A stretch of DNA of 64,000 bases from an uncultured Solirubrobacterales bacterium (lineage in GTDB: Bacteria > Actinomycetota > Thermoleophilia > Solirubrobacterales > 70-9), in assembly GCA_963742535.1 (NCBI GenBank), contig CAVUMC010000002.1:1683146-1747145 (forward strand). Direction: 5' to 3'. Each line of letters opens with the position of its first letter. Position 1 is the stretch's first letter. The notes below the pieces were generated by a model. It was not told the origin of the DNA. It saw only the letters and a list, made by a program, of their open reading frames with translations, and ran no database searches. Positions 8,375 through 22,394 of the stretch are shown here, in pieces. A program made the translations under genes and the position numbers.

Positions 8375-9973
8375 TCAGCCGTCGTAGCCGGCGTGCACGT
8401 GATCGCAGTGGTCGGAGCGGGCGAAGGCCGGTCCGGGACCGTCGAGGTCGAAGCAATAGATCAGCTCGGTCGGGTGCAGTGGGCCCTGTAGGTAGGCGAG
8501 GGTGCGGCCGAGTTCGGCGCAGGGGGCGTTGACTGCGGTGTCGGTGCAGGAGACGCCGTCGACGGCGGCGATGTCCATTGCCCGCCCGTAGTAGTGGTTG
8601 GAGAGGTTGCCTTCGGTGGTCAGTTCCGAGTGATCGGAGCGCAGGGCTGAGAGCGTGATCGTGTGCTGCTGGGTGATCGCACCGATCAGGGCGACGATGC
8701 GTGGGTCGAGCAGGCCGCCGGTGATGTCGTGCAGCTCGAGTTCGTTGGAGAGGGTGAGGTTGTTCCAGTTGATCGGCGCGCCAACCGTGTTCGGCAGCGC
8801 CAGCTGCCAGTCGACCGGCGTCACCGCGCACTTGCCTTCCAGCGCTTCGGCATCGGCGAGCACGGCTTGTACGTACCACTGGGCCTGGTTGTGGGTGAAG
8901 ATGCCGGCGCGCAGGCTCCCGCGCGACCAGATCAGGCGGGCAAGGGTCGCCGCCGAGTCGGCTGGGTCGCCGCGGTGGATGTGGCCGTCTTCGTCACCGT
9001 CGACCGCGTAGGCCTTCCACTCGCTTGGTTCGAGGCCGAGCGGACCGCGCTCGCGCATCTGGGTGTTGCTCATGCCGCGGCCGAAGTTCGACTCCAGGTG
9101 CGCCACGGAGGCGAGGGCCCAGACGCCGCGCTGCCCGAGTTCGTAGCGGCTGGCCGCGTCCTCGAAGGCTTCCATGTACTCGGCCGGGATCTTCTCGCGC
9201 CAGGCCGGGGTCGGCTCGCAGGCGAATTCCTGCAGCTGTGGCGTCAGCGCGAAGCCGCCGCTCACCCCGGCGCCCAGCGCGCCATAACAAGAGGCGTTGG
9301 CGAGCACCTCGGCGACGTACCAATCGGCGTGGTTGTAGGCGAAGATCGCACCGTAGGTGTCGACCGGCATGCCGGCGGCCTGGAGGTAGCGGGCCGCGGC
9401 GAAGATCGCGTCTTCGGGGTTGTAGGGATCGCGGACGCCGTCGCCGTTGGCATCGACTCCGTACATGTCCCAGGTCGAGGGCATGAACTGCATCCAGCCC
9501 ACCGCCCCCGCGGAGGACGGCCCCATGTTGCTGCCGAAGGCGCTCTCGATGCCGTTGATCGAGGCGAGGATCGAAGGGCCCTGCGGACCGAGGCCGTAGG
9601 TCGTGGCAGCGCGGTTGTAGATCGGGATCAGGACCGGCGGCACGCCCTGGGCGGCGCAGCTCGAGGTTGGGATCGAGGGCACTTCGAAGAGTTCGCCGGG
9701 GGATGGCGCGGGAACCGCACCGCCGTCGGGCTCGGCTTCCGCCGTCGGTTCGACTTCCGGGGTTTCGATCGGCGTCGCACCAGCGTCGGTACCGCCGCTC
9801 GGCGTCGGTGTTGCGGGGACACTTGGCGGCGCTTCGGGCGCGGCCAGGGTTTCGTTTTGTTCGAGTGCCGGCGCGATCGTTTCGGTGGCCGGCACTTCGG
9901 CGGCGTGCGCGTTGGCAGCGGTCAGCGCCGCGCCTACCGCCGCGGCGGCGATGGTGTTGCGGAGGCGACCCAT
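8375..9973 (-). CDS. secreted multidomain peptidoglycan hydrolase (two lytic-transglycosylase-like modules plus a LAS-type Zn peptidase)
   Basis: Signal peptide and a Pro/Ala/Glu linker. Two modules carry a catalytic-Glu motif: INGIESAFG..GWMQFMPSTW..DANGDG and VAHLESNFG..AVDGDEDG. The C-terminus has SNHYYGRAMD (H-x6-D) and DHVH (HxH). The Met at 9973 overlaps the stop of the upstream gene. Confidence 0.8.
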   Translation of the reverse strand: MGRLRNTIAAAAVGAALTAANAHAAEVPATETIAPALEQNETLAAPEAPPSVPATPTPSGGTDAGATPIETPEVEPTAEAEPDGGAVPAPSPGELFEVPSIPTSSCAAQGVPPVLIPIYNRAATTYGLGPQGPSILASINGIESAFGSNMGPSSAGAVGWMQFMPSTWDMYGVDANGDGVRDPYNPEDAIFAAARYLQAAGMPVDTYGAIFAYNHADWYVAEVLANASCYGALGAGVSGGFALTPQLQEFACEPTPAWREKIPAEYMEAFEDAASRYELGQRGVWALASVAHLESNFGRGMSNTQMRERGPLGLEPSEWKAYAVDGDEDGHIHRGDPADSAATLARLIWSRGSLRAGIFTHNQAQWYVQAVLADAEALEGKCAVTPVDWQLALPNTVGAPINWNNLTLSNELELHDITGGLLDPRIVALIGAITQQHTITLSALRSDHSELTTEGNLSNHYYGRAMDIAAVDGVSCTDTAVNAPCAELGRTLAYLQGPLHPTELIYCFDLDGPGPAFARSDHCDHVHAGYDG

Positions 9974-10896
9974 CAGCCGAGCGCGTCCGTTACTTGCCAC
10001 TTGTTGGTCTTTTCATTGCGCTGCACGTCGAGTCGCAGCTCGCTGGTGACGCCGACCCGCAGCAGCGAGACGCTCAGCGTGTAGGTGTCACCGTGATGGG
10101 GGCCGGGCACGATGTTGAGGACCTTCGCCTTCGGCACCGGGGTGCCTGCCGGCTGGCGCGGCGGCCGCTGCAGCAGCGCGTGGGTCAGCTGCGGCGTCGC
10201 CGTTTCGTTGAAGACGCTGCGGACGTCGTTGCTCTTGCGGCCGATCTCATAGAGGACGAAGGCGCCGGCGAACTGATGGGCGACCTTGATCGCCGCTGGC
10301 CCGGCTGTCTTCTCCCCAGCGGCCGCCGCGGCAGCAGGGCCGCTCGACTGGGCTGAGCGCGCCACTTCGGAAGTCGAACCGGCGGTGGAGGTCGAGCCTC
10401 CGGGGCCACCTGGGGCAGGGGATTCAGCGGAGCTCTTGGCGACCCCGCTGTCGGCCTCGGCGGCAAAATCGGGTTTCGCCCCGTGCAGGATCGGGGCGGC
10501 TGGCGCCTCGCCAGCTTCGGTTGTCGCAGGTGCAGCCGGCTCCGGAGTGGGCGTCGGCGCCGCGCGCACGACGGTTCCGCCGCTGTTGCCTCCACCGCCA
10601 TCGCCTGAGGCCAGGACCAGGCCGGCGACGCCAGCTCCGGCGGCAAGGAGCACCAGGACCACGATGCCTGCGAATCGCACCGAAGCGCTCCAACCGTCGG
10701 TTCGCTTCTCCAGCGGCCAGACGAAGCTGCGCTCGATCGCCCAGGCGATCCGCTCGAAGGGCCACTTGACGATCTCGGCGAAGCGCCGCAGGACGTCGGC
10801 GCCGCCCCAGACCACGCGCTCCTCTACCGCGAAAGCGGCATCGGCGAGAGAAGAGCGGATTGGAGCCGGGGTATCGATGCGACGTCGTCCAAACAT
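9973..10896 (-). CDS. single-pass membrane protein with Pro/Ala/Gly-rich extracytoplasmic linker (unknown function)
   Basis: One TM segment (FAGIVVLVLLAAGAGVAGLVLA), a low-complexity linker and a roughly 110-aa C-terminal globular part. Coupled to the hydrolase gene downstream. Confidence 0.6.
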   Translation of the reverse strand: MFGRRRIDTPAPIRSSLADAAFAVEERVVWGGADVLRRFAEIVKWPFERIAWAIERSFVWPLEKRTDGWSASVRFAGIVVLVLLAAGAGVAGLVLASGDGGGGNSGGTVVRAAPTPTPEPAAPATTEAGEAPAAPILHGAKPDFAAEADSGVAKSSAESPAPGGPGGSTSTAGSTSEVARSAQSSGPAAAAAAGEKTAGPAAIKVAHQFAGAFVLYEIGRKSNDVRSVFNETATPQLTHALLQRPPRQPAGTPVPKAKVLNIVPGPHHGDTYTLSVSLLRVGVTSELRLDVQRNEKTNKWQVTDALG

Positions 10897-10964
10897 TCGG
10901 TAAAACGGGATTGTGAGCTTATTTCGGATTCTCCCGCCCGTCCCTTAACACCAAATAATGGGTT

Positions 10965-13518
<2,554 letters not shown>

Positions 13519-13532
<14 letters not shown>

Positions 13533-13833
13533 TGCTCCCTCCTTCCAGCTCCCTCAGTCTGCGTTCCAGTTCCAGCACCCGCTCCACCCCGGCCAGGTTC
13601 AGGCCTTCGGCGGTCATCTGCTGGATCCGCCGCAGCCGTTCGACGTCACGCTGCGAATAGAGGCGGGTGTTTTTCGGCGAGCGCTTTGGCTGGATCAGCC
13701 CGCGCGTCTCGTACATCCGCAGCGTCTGCGGGTGCATGTGGGCGAGTTCGGCTGCAACCGAGATCATGTAGACGCCCTGCTCGGAGTCGACCGAGATTTC
13801 GATCCGTTCGCGTCGGATTTCGCCGCCGGTCAT
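13519..13833 (-). CDS. hspR: MerR-family heat-shock repressor HspR
   Basis: [46 protein letters not shown]. Located between dnaJ and clpB and overlapping both. Confidence 0.9.
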
Positions 13834-14951
13834 CGCGCCGCTCTCTTCAACAGGTCGGCTCGGGGGTCATCGCCGTTGAAGGCCTCGGCGAGCTTCTCGG
13901 CGGCCTCCTCCTGCTCGGGGGTCAGCTTCTCTGGCATCGCGATCTCAAGCCGGTAGCGGATGTCGCCTTTGCCACGGCCCTTGGCCTTCGGCGCACCCTC
14001 GCCTTTAAGCCGCTGAATTGAGCCGTGCTTGGTCCCTACGCCAACCTTGATCTTCTTCGTTCCCTCCAGGGTCGGCACCTCGATCGTCGCCCCACGCAGC
14101 GCCTCGGCAACCGTGATCGGCACCGTCACCTCGAGGTTGCCGCCGTCGAGCCGTTTGAAGACCGGAGAGGCAGCCACGCGGGTGACGACGAAAAGGTCAC
14201 CGGGAGGGCCTCCGCGCTGGCCGGCCTCGCCCTTGCCGGCGAGGCGGATCCGCGCCCCGTTCTTGACCCCGGCCGGGATGTTGACCTTGTAGCGCTTGGT
14301 CTGCTGGGTCAGGCCCGAGCCACCGCAGGTGGGGCAGGGGTCCTCGATGATCTGGCCCTGGCCGCCGCACTGCGGGCAGGGTTGGCTGATCGAGAAGAAG
14401 CCCTGACTCTGAGCGTCGATGCCGCGGCCTTCGCAGCGCGGGCAGGTGATCGGGCTGGTGCCGGGTTTGGCGCCGCTGCCGTGACAGGTCGGGCAGCGTT
14501 CGGCCTTTGGCACCGTGACCTGGACCTGGGCGCCGTTGACCGCCTGGTCGAAGCTGAGGCTGACCTCGGTTTCAAGATCGCGCCCGCGCACCTGCTGTGG
14601 CTGCGCCCGGCCGCCGCCCCCGCCGCGGCCGAAGAGGTTGGAGAAGATGTCGCTGACGTCAAAGCTGCCGGCTGCGGCGCCACCGGGGCCAAACGGCCCG
14701 CCCCCACCGGGGCTTCCGGTACCGCCGAAGCCGCCGAACATGCCGCCGCCGGAGTCGTACTCCTTGCGCTTCTCGGGATCCGAGAGGACGTCGTAGGCGC
14801 CTTGGACCTCCTTGAACTTCTCCTCTGCCTGGGCGTCATCGGGGTTGCGGTCAGGGTGGTATTTGCGCACCAGCTTGCGGTGCGCTTTCTTGATCTCCTC
14901 CTCGGAGGCACCCTTGGCTACGCCAAGAACCTTGTAGAGATCCTCAGCCAC
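13830..14951 (-). CDS. dnaJ: chaperone DnaJ
   Basis: J-domain with HPD, a G/F-rich region and four CxxCxGxG repeats. Confidence 0.97.
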   Translation of the reverse strand: MAEDLYKVLGVAKGASEEEIKKAHRKLVRKYHPDRNPDDAQAEEKFKEVQGAYDVLSDPEKRKEYDSGGGMFGGFGGTGSPGGGGPFGPGGAAAGSFDVSDIFSNLFGRGGGGGRAQPQQVRGRDLETEVSLSFDQAVNGAQVQVTVPKAERCPTCHGSGAKPGTSPITCPRCEGRGIDAQSQGFFSISQPCPQCGGQGQIIEDPCPTCGGSGLTQQTKRYKVNIPAGVKNGARIRLAGKGEAGQRGGPPGDLFVVTRVAASPVFKRLDGGNLEVTVPITVAEALRGATIEVPTLEGTKKIKVGVGTKHGSIQRLKGEGAPKAKGRGKGDIRYRLEIAMPEKLTPEQEEAAEKLAEAFNGDDPRADLLKRAAR

Positions 14952-14954
14952 GCC

Positions 14955-15478
14955 CTACTCGCTCACCACCACGCGCGCCGGCCGGATCAGCTGCTCGCCG
15001 AGCCGGTAACCCTTCTGCATCACCTCGACCACGGTGCCGGACTCGACGCCCTCCGCTGGGATGGCCGAAAGAGCCTCGTGCACCATCGGATCGAACTTCT
15101 CCCCCTTGGGGTCCACGGCCTCGACCCCACCGCGGGTGAGGGTGTCGCGCAGGCTCCTGAAAACGAGCAGCACGCCGTGGGCCAGCCCGTCCTCCGAGTC
15201 TCCCTCGGGGTCCAGGCCGGCCGCCTGGATTGCCCGCTCGAGGTCGTCCAGAACCGGCACTACCTCGCGGATCACCTCGGCTTTGCCCCGGGCGCCGGCG
15301 GCCTGGACCTCCGCAGCCATCCGCTTGCGGAAGTTCTCGAAGTCGGCCTTGGTCCGCTTGGCGAGGTCGAGGTACGCGTCTCGCTCGCGCTGCGTGTCGG
15401 CGAGCAGGGCGTCCAGGTCCTCTTCGACCTGGACCTCCGCCTGCTCCTCGACCGGGGCCTCCGGTGCTTTCTCCTCGC

Positions 15479-15482
<4 letters not shown>
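14955..15482 (-). CDS. grpE: nucleotide exchange factor GrpE
   Basis: Position between dnaK and dnaJ. The motif DFENFRKR and the C-terminal beta domain are typical of GrpE. Confidence 0.93.
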
Positions 15483-17383
<1,901 letters not shown>

Positions 17384-17433
17384 TACGTGTACCTCCAGCT
17401 CTAGTTAGTTCTGCCTTAAGAAATCTAAGTGCC

Positions 17434-17462
17434 AGTATGGCAGATTATATTTAGCTTGCCAA
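17434..17462 (-). promoter_or_regulatory. candidate dnaK-operon promoter
   Basis: On the minus strand the sequence reads TTGGCA-N17-CATACT. A perfect TATAAT (17444-17449) sits inside the spacer as an alternative -10. The inverted repeat TGCCA-N3-TGGCA (17430-17442) overlaps the first -10. This is pattern matching only. Confidence 0.3.
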
Positions 17463-17579
17463 CCCTCGGGCGTATAGTGGTTTCGCGGGTGGGTCAGGCC
17501 GGGCAGCTAGAGAAAGCGCCCGGGGGAGGCGCCTCGACGTATCAATCCGCCATCGAGCGGGCTACCCAGAGGAGCCGAT

Positions 17580-18788
17580 GTGAATCACTTTCCGAATCTG
17601 CCGAGCCGAGGGAGATGGGTGACTCTGCTTGCCCTTGTTGCCGCCCTTGCCTTCGCCTTGATGCCGGCGGCTGCTGGAGCGCACTCCAGCAAGGGCCACG
17701 GCGCCCACCACGGCAAGTCCCACCATCACTACGGGCATGGCCACGGCCATCACGGTCACGGTCACGGACATGGGAAGCGCGACCTGACGGTCATGACCCA
17801 GAATCTCTATCTGGGATCCAGCCTCGGCCAGGCGCTCGAAGCGACGACCCCGGAAGCGTTCGTCGAAGGTGTCGCACGGATCTACGCGACCGTCCAGTAC
17901 ACGAACTTCCCTCAACGCGCGGAAGCGATCGCCGCTGAGATCGAGGAAAAGGACCCGGACCTGGTCGGCCTGCAAGAGGTTTCGAAGTGGACCACGGGAG
18001 GCGTCAATCCACCCGCCGGCTATGACTTCCTCGCGATCCTCGAAAGCGATCTCGCGGCCCGGGGGCTGGACTACTCGGTGGCATCGATCGCGCACAACGC
18101 GAAAATCGGACCGGCGCCACTCGCCCTGGCCGGACAGGGCTGCGTCCAGCCAGGTCCGACGATCACCTGCTCGGTGGAACTCGAAGATCGCGACGTAATC
18201 CTCGTCAACGACGACACGCCGGGACTGACCTGGAGCAATCCACAAAGCGGTCGCTACGCCACTCAGCAGTCGATCGAATCGCCAGTCGGCCCGCTCTCAT
18301 TTGACCGTGGCTGGGCCAGCATCGACGCGAGGCTGAAGGGCCAGCCATTCCGCTTCGTCGACACTCACCTCGAAACCGAGGAATCGCCCCTGGTGCAACA
18401 GGCGCAGGCGGATGAATTCCTCGCCGGTCCCGGCAAAGGCGGGACGATCATTGCCACCGGCGATTTCAATTCCGCCGCTGACGGCTCCACGACCACCTCC
18501 TACGCGCAGCTCACCGCGCCCGGCAAGTTCCGCGATAGCTGGAACGAGAAACTGCTCGGCCCCGGACTCTCCTGCTGCCAGGAGTCCAACACCTCGCCGC
18601 TCGCGCCGGGGGCGCTGAACAACCCGGTCTCGACGTTCCGCACCCGGATCGACCTGATCCTCTCCCGCGGCGCGGCCCGCGCGACAGGGGACGCCGAACT
18701 GATCGGGGACACGCCATTCCAGGCCACGCCCCCGTTCTGGCCATCTGACCACGCCGGCGTAGTCAGCGAGCTCCGGCTCGGCGGCTAA
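17580..18788 (+). CDS. secreted endonuclease/exonuclease/phosphatase (EEP) family protein with His/Gly-rich N-terminal tract
   Basis: Signal peptide ..PAAAGA|HSS, then HSSKGHGAHHGKSHHHYGHGHGHHGHGHGHGK. The EEP body has LTVMTQNLY, VGLQEV and C-terminal SDHAGVVSEL. GTG start with a GAGGAG RBS. Confidence 0.8.
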   Translation: MNHFPNLPSRGRWVTLLALVAALAFALMPAAAGAHSSKGHGAHHGKSHHHYGHGHGHHGHGHGHGKRDLTVMTQNLYLGSSLGQALEATTPEAFVEGVARIYATVQYTNFPQRAEAIAAEIEEKDPDLVGLQEVSKWTTGGVNPPAGYDFLAILESDLAARGLDYSVASIAHNAKIGPAPLALAGQGCVQPGPTITCSVELEDRDVILVNDDTPGLTWSNPQSGRYATQQSIESPVGPLSFDRGWASIDARLKGQPFRFVDTHLETEESPLVQQAQADEFLAGPGKGGTIIATGDFNSAADGSTTTSYAQLTAPGKFRDSWNEKLLGPGLSCCQESNTSPLAPGALNNPVSTFRTRIDLILSRGAARATGDAELIGDTPFQATPPFWPSDHAGVVSELRLGG

Positions 18789-18803
18789 GCAAACCTCAAA
18801 AGG

Positions 18804-18839
18804 ACCATCTCGGTGGGGCTTCGGCCCCGCCGAGATGGT
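18804..18839. terminator. bidirectional stem-loop between convergent genes
   Basis: ACCATCTCGGTGGGGC-TTCG-GCCCCGCCGAGATGGT is a 16-bp stem with one G-T pair and a tetraloop. It lies between the stops at 18788 (+) and 18847 (-). Confidence 0.75.
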
Positions 18840-18846
18840 TTAGCCG

Positions 18847-19254
18847 CTAACCCTCGCCGGCGGTGCGGGCGACGAATTCGGAAACTTCTTTGGCCTGCTG
18901 CTTATTGAGGATGCCGCCGGGCATGCGTCCCGGGGTGGTGCTGCTGTCGACGCCGTTTTCGACCGCGTTGAGCACGCGCCCTTCTACCTGCGCCACTTCT
19001 TTGCCTTTTGCCGGGCCCGAAGGAGACAGCAGTTCGTCGAGGTCGGGCGCGTAGTTGCCGTCGGTGCCGGCGGCGTAGAGCGTGTGGCAGGTGCCGCAGT
19101 TGGTCTGGAAGAGGCTCTGGCCGCTCTTCAGGTCAGCGGGCACCTTCTGATCACCGCGGGCGGCGTCACCGTCAGAGCGGAAGGCGAGCCAGGGGATCAG
19201 GACCGCGAGGACCACGACCACCAAGCCAAAAGAGATGAAGGTTTTGCGACTCAT
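18847..19254 (-). CDS. membrane-anchored class I c-type cytochrome
   Basis: Haem-binding CGTCH and the N-terminal TM anchor FISFGLVVVVLAVLIPWLAF. The Met at 19254 overlaps the nth stop (ATGA). Confidence 0.8.
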   Translation of the reverse strand: MSRKTFISFGLVVVVLAVLIPWLAFRSDGDAARGDQKVPADLKSGQSLFQTNCGTCHTLYAAGTDGNYAPDLDELLSPSGPAKGKEVAQVEGRVLNAVENGVDSSTTPGRMPGGILNKQQAKEVSEFVARTAGEG

Positions 19255-19919
19255 TTGCGCCCGGCACGGTACCAGGGACACATTCGGCGCAGCTCGCACT
19301 CGCCGCAGCGCGGTTTCGGGCGGCAGACCTCGCGCCCGTGCCGGATCACGTTCATGTGCAGCTCGAAGGCGTCGGCGGGATCGACTGTGGCCATCATCTC
19401 GTCGTGGGCGCGTTCGAATGAGGCTTTCTCGGGGAAGAAGCCGAGCCGCCCTCCGACCCGGTGGATGTGGACGTCAACGGGGATCTCCGGGATCCCCCAG
19501 GTGAACATCAAGACGCAGGCCGCGGTTTTGCGCCCGACGCCGGGCAGCGAGTCGAGGTAGGCCATCGATTCAGCCGGCGGCGCCGTCTCGGTCCAGTCGA
19601 GATCCGGCTGCTCACCGAGCTGCTCGAGGATCGCCTGGATTCGCGGTGCCTTCTGCTTGCCCAGACCGCCGGGCCGGATCGCCTCCTCGACCTCGCTCAC
19701 CGGCGCGTCGCGCACTTCCTCCCAGAGCGGAAAGCGCTCGCGCAGGGCGGCGAAGGCGCGGTCGCGGTTGCGGTCGTTGGTGTGCTGGGAGAGCACCGTC
19801 TTGACCAGCTCGGCGATCGGATGGCCGTGCGGTTTATTGACCGGCTGACCGTAGATCTCGCGCAGCCGGTCGCGTATCGCCCTCACGCGGCGCTTCGTCG
19901 GTCGCTTCCACTCCTTCAT
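19251..19919 (-). CDS. nth: endonuclease III
   Basis: Helix-hairpin-helix LPGVGRKTAACVL and a C-terminal four-Cys Fe-S cluster loop C..C..C..C. Confidence 0.9.
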   Translation of the reverse strand: MKEWKRPTKRRVRAIRDRLREIYGQPVNKPHGHPIAELVKTVLSQHTNDRNRDRAFAALRERFPLWEEVRDAPVSEVEEAIRPGGLGKQKAPRIQAILEQLGEQPDLDWTETAPPAESMAYLDSLPGVGRKTAACVLMFTWGIPEIPVDVHIHRVGGRLGFFPEKASFERAHDEMMATVDPADAFELHMNVIRHGREVCRPKPRCGECELRRMCPWYRAGRK

Positions 19920-19972
19920 TCCAGGCGCACCCTAGTAAGGCTTGCCCCGCTGGCCCGGCGTATGGTTGGCGC

Positions 19973-20794
19973 GTGTCGGCCACGATCGAAGAGGGGGAGC
20001 TGCGGGTCGACGGGGTGCGTGCCTTCTACCGCCGCGTCCCCGGCGAGGGAACGCCGACCGTCTACTGCCACGGCAACCCGACCCACGGCGAGGACTGGCT
20101 GCCCTTCCTCGAACGCGGCGACGGTCCGGCGATCGCGATCGACATGCCCGGCTGGGGTCGCTCCGACCGTCCTGATCCGGCGCACTTCGACTACTCGATG
20201 TACGGGCTCTCCGAATTCCTCGAACGTTGTCTCGAAGAGCTGGGAGTCGAACGGCGGAAGCTGGTGGTGCACGACTGGGGCTGCCTGGCGCTGATCGGAG
20301 CGCAGAGACGCCCGGAGTTGGTCGAGAAGCTCGCGGTGATGAACGCGGTGCCGCTGCTGCCGGGATTTCGCTGGCATTGGGTAGCCCAGATATGGCGTCG
20401 ACGCGGCTTGGGCGAGCTCGCCAACGCGACCACCACCAGGGCGTCGATGGGGTTGATCATGCGCCAGCTCTCGGGGGACCGCCGGCCGATGCCGCCGCAG
20501 TTCATCGAGATGATCTGGCGCTATCTGGATCACGGCACCAACGAGGCCACGCTCGCGCTCTACCGCCACGCCGATCCCGACCGCCTTGCCCTTGCCGGCA
20601 AGGACCTCAACCGCATTGCTTGTCCCGCCCTGGTCCTCTGGGGCGCCAACGACACCTTCCTCAGGCCACGCTTTGCCGAGGCCTATGCGGCGGCCTTGCC
20701 CGATGCCGAGCTGGAGCTCGTCGCCGCCGCTAGTCACTGGCCCTGGATCGACGACGCGCGGGTGATTGACCGGATTTTGCGTTTCCTCTCTTAA
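19973..20794 (+). CDS. alpha/beta hydrolase, haloalkane-dehalogenase-like
   Basis: HGNPT oxyanion region, the nucleophile elbow VVHDWG, and SHWPWIDD near the C-terminus. Confidence 0.8.
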   Translation: MSATIEEGELRVDGVRAFYRRVPGEGTPTVYCHGNPTHGEDWLPFLERGDGPAIAIDMPGWGRSDRPDPAHFDYSMYGLSEFLERCLEELGVERRKLVVHDWGCLALIGAQRRPELVEKLAVMNAVPLLPGFRWHWVAQIWRRRGLGELANATTTRASMGLIMRQLSGDRRPMPPQFIEMIWRYLDHGTNEATLALYRHADPDRLALAGKDLNRIACPALVLWGANDTFLRPRFAEAYAAALPDAELELVAAASHWPWIDDARVIDRILRFLS

Positions 20795-20842
20795 AACGCT
20801 CAATTCGTCACCGTTAACGGGCGGATTACAATTGTCTGTCCC

Positions 20843-21625
20843 GTGTCCCGTGCCCTCGCCCGCATCGGAAACAAGCTGCCCCAGGGGTGGGGCGATGCCG
20901 GGCGCCAGCTGGGCATCCTCGTTTTGGTCGATGTCGCCTACGAGCTCGTTCGAGGCATCGCCGATGGCCAGCGCTCCGAGGCAATCGCCAATGGCCAGCA
21001 GGTGATCGACTTCGAGCGCTCAATGCACGCGCTTTTCGAGCCTGACCTGCAGTCGTTCTTCCTCTCGGCGCATTGGGTGATCGACCTCGCCAACCAGCTC
21101 TACCTCAACGCACAGTTCTCGATCGCGCTGGGCTTCCTGATCTGGCTCTACGTCTTTCGCAACGACTCCTACTACTTCGTGCGCAATATGTTCGTGGTCT
21201 CGATGGGCTTTGCCCTGATCGGCTACACGCTCTTCCCGACCGCGCCTCCGCGGATGTTCCCCGAACACGGCTTCGTCGACACGATCACCGACTTCTCCAA
21301 CGTCAATCACGACTCCTCGCTGGCCAAAGTCTTCATCAACCCCTACGCCGCGGTGCCGAGCATGCACTGTGCCTTCGCCGCAATGATCGGCATCACCGGC
21401 GCCCGCGTCTGCCGCCACTGGTGGTCTAAGGCGTGGTGGGCGTTCTGGCCGCTGCTGATCGCCTGGGTCGTGGTCATCACCGGCAACCACTATTGGGTCG
21501 ACGTCGCCCTGGGCTGGATGGTCGCTGCCGCCTCGGCGTTCGTCGCCCAGCGGCTGCTCGCCCGCGCTCGGCCCGACGCCTGGTCCTGGGGTCGCCCGGC
21601 GCAGCCGCGAGAGGTCGAGGCCTAG
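20843..21625 (+). CDS. polytopic PAP2-superfamily protein (AUR1/inositol-phosphotransferase-like PAP2 subfamily)
   Basis: Six predicted TM segments. The C-terminal motifs PSMHCAFA and GNHYWVDVALG correspond to PAP2 C2/C3-type motifs. Confidence 0.7.
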   Translation: MSRALARIGNKLPQGWGDAGRQLGILVLVDVAYELVRGIADGQRSEAIANGQQVIDFERSMHALFEPDLQSFFLSAHWVIDLANQLYLNAQFSIALGFLIWLYVFRNDSYYFVRNMFVVSMGFALIGYTLFPTAPPRMFPEHGFVDTITDFSNVNHDSSLAKVFINPYAAVPSMHCAFAAMIGITGARVCRHWWSKAWWAFWPLLIAWVVVITGNHYWVDVALGWMVAAASAFVAQRLLARARPDAWSWGRPAQPREVEA

Positions 21626-21667
21626 TGCCCTTTCCTTCGCGCTGCACCGCCAGGTAGCCTCAAGCTG

Positions 21668-22333
21668 ATGGATTCGACCGCGCCGCCGAAGGCGCCTGAG
21701 GGCCGTCGCAATGGCCGCCAGGCCCGTAACGGGCAGGAGCTGCGCGCTTACGCTCGCGATCGGCTGATCGAGTCGCGGCTGACGCCGAACGCGATCTCGA
21801 TCGCGGGCCTGATCGGCAACCTGATCGCCGCCGTCCTGGTCACGCAGCACCTCTTCTTCCTCGCCGGGGTCGCTTTCGTGCTCGGCTCGGTGATGGACAC
21901 CCTCGACGGGCGCTACTCGCGCATGTCGGGCAAGGGCACGCTCTTCGGCGCTTTCCTCGACTCGACCCTGGACCGGATCGAGGAGGGGATCGTGCTTGCC
22001 GCCGTTGCCGGTTATTTCGCAGCCAACGGCCAGGACTTCGCCGCCGCGATGTGCGTGGTCGCCGTGCTCGGCTCGCTGATGGTCTCCTACACGCGGGCCC
22101 GGGCCGAGGCGCTGGGCGTCGAGTGCAAGGTTGGCTTGGCGACGCGCCCCGTGCGGGTAGTCATACTCTCCATCGGCTTGATCTTCGCCAAGGGCGCTGG
22201 GATTGGCGATTTCGAGCTGCTGGCGCCGGCGGTCTACGTGATCGCGGCGCTGAGCATCATCACCACGATCCAGCGCGTGTGGCACGTCCGAAACCAGCTT
22301 TCAAACGAGACGACGACGTCGCCTGACCTGTAA
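21668..22333 (+). CDS. CDP-alcohol phosphatidyltransferase (phosphatidylinositol-phosphate synthase-like)
   Basis: The signature DTLDGRYSRMSGKGTLFGAFLDSTLDRIEEG matches D-x2-DG-x2-AR..G-x3-D-x3-D. Overall it resembles mycobacterial PgsA1, and it sits next to ino1. Confidence 0.85.
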   Translation: MDSTAPPKAPEGRRNGRQARNGQELRAYARDRLIESRLTPNAISIAGLIGNLIAAVLVTQHLFFLAGVAFVLGSVMDTLDGRYSRMSGKGTLFGAFLDSTLDRIEEGIVLAAVAGYFAANGQDFAAAMCVVAVLGSLMVSYTRARAEALGVECKVGLATRPVRVVILSIGLIFAKGAGIGDFELLAPAVYVIAALSIITTIQRVWHVRNQLSNETTTSPDL

Positions 22334-22394
22334 CCAGTTCCGGGCCGGGGTGTCCCTTGCCATCTAGCCCGATCGAGGAAGGACTTCGAATTAC

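Noticed and set aside
5584-8491. Long plus-strand ORFs (5584-6543, 6081-6737, 6763-8175, 7640-8491) across purB/purE/purD
   Set aside because: The opposite strand encodes unmistakable Pur enzymes. These ORFs have no motifs and Arg/Pro/Ala-biased composition.
8663-10084. 473-aa plus-strand ORF antisense to the peptidoglycan hydrolase gene
   Set aside because: It has no recognisable domain, and the minus strand carries catalytic motifs in frame.
17384-17579. Search for the HspR operator (HAIR, CTTGAGT-N7-ACTCAAG) upstream of dnaK
   Set aside because: I saw no match by eye on either strand, so I did not annotate an operator. Only a tentative promoter is reported.
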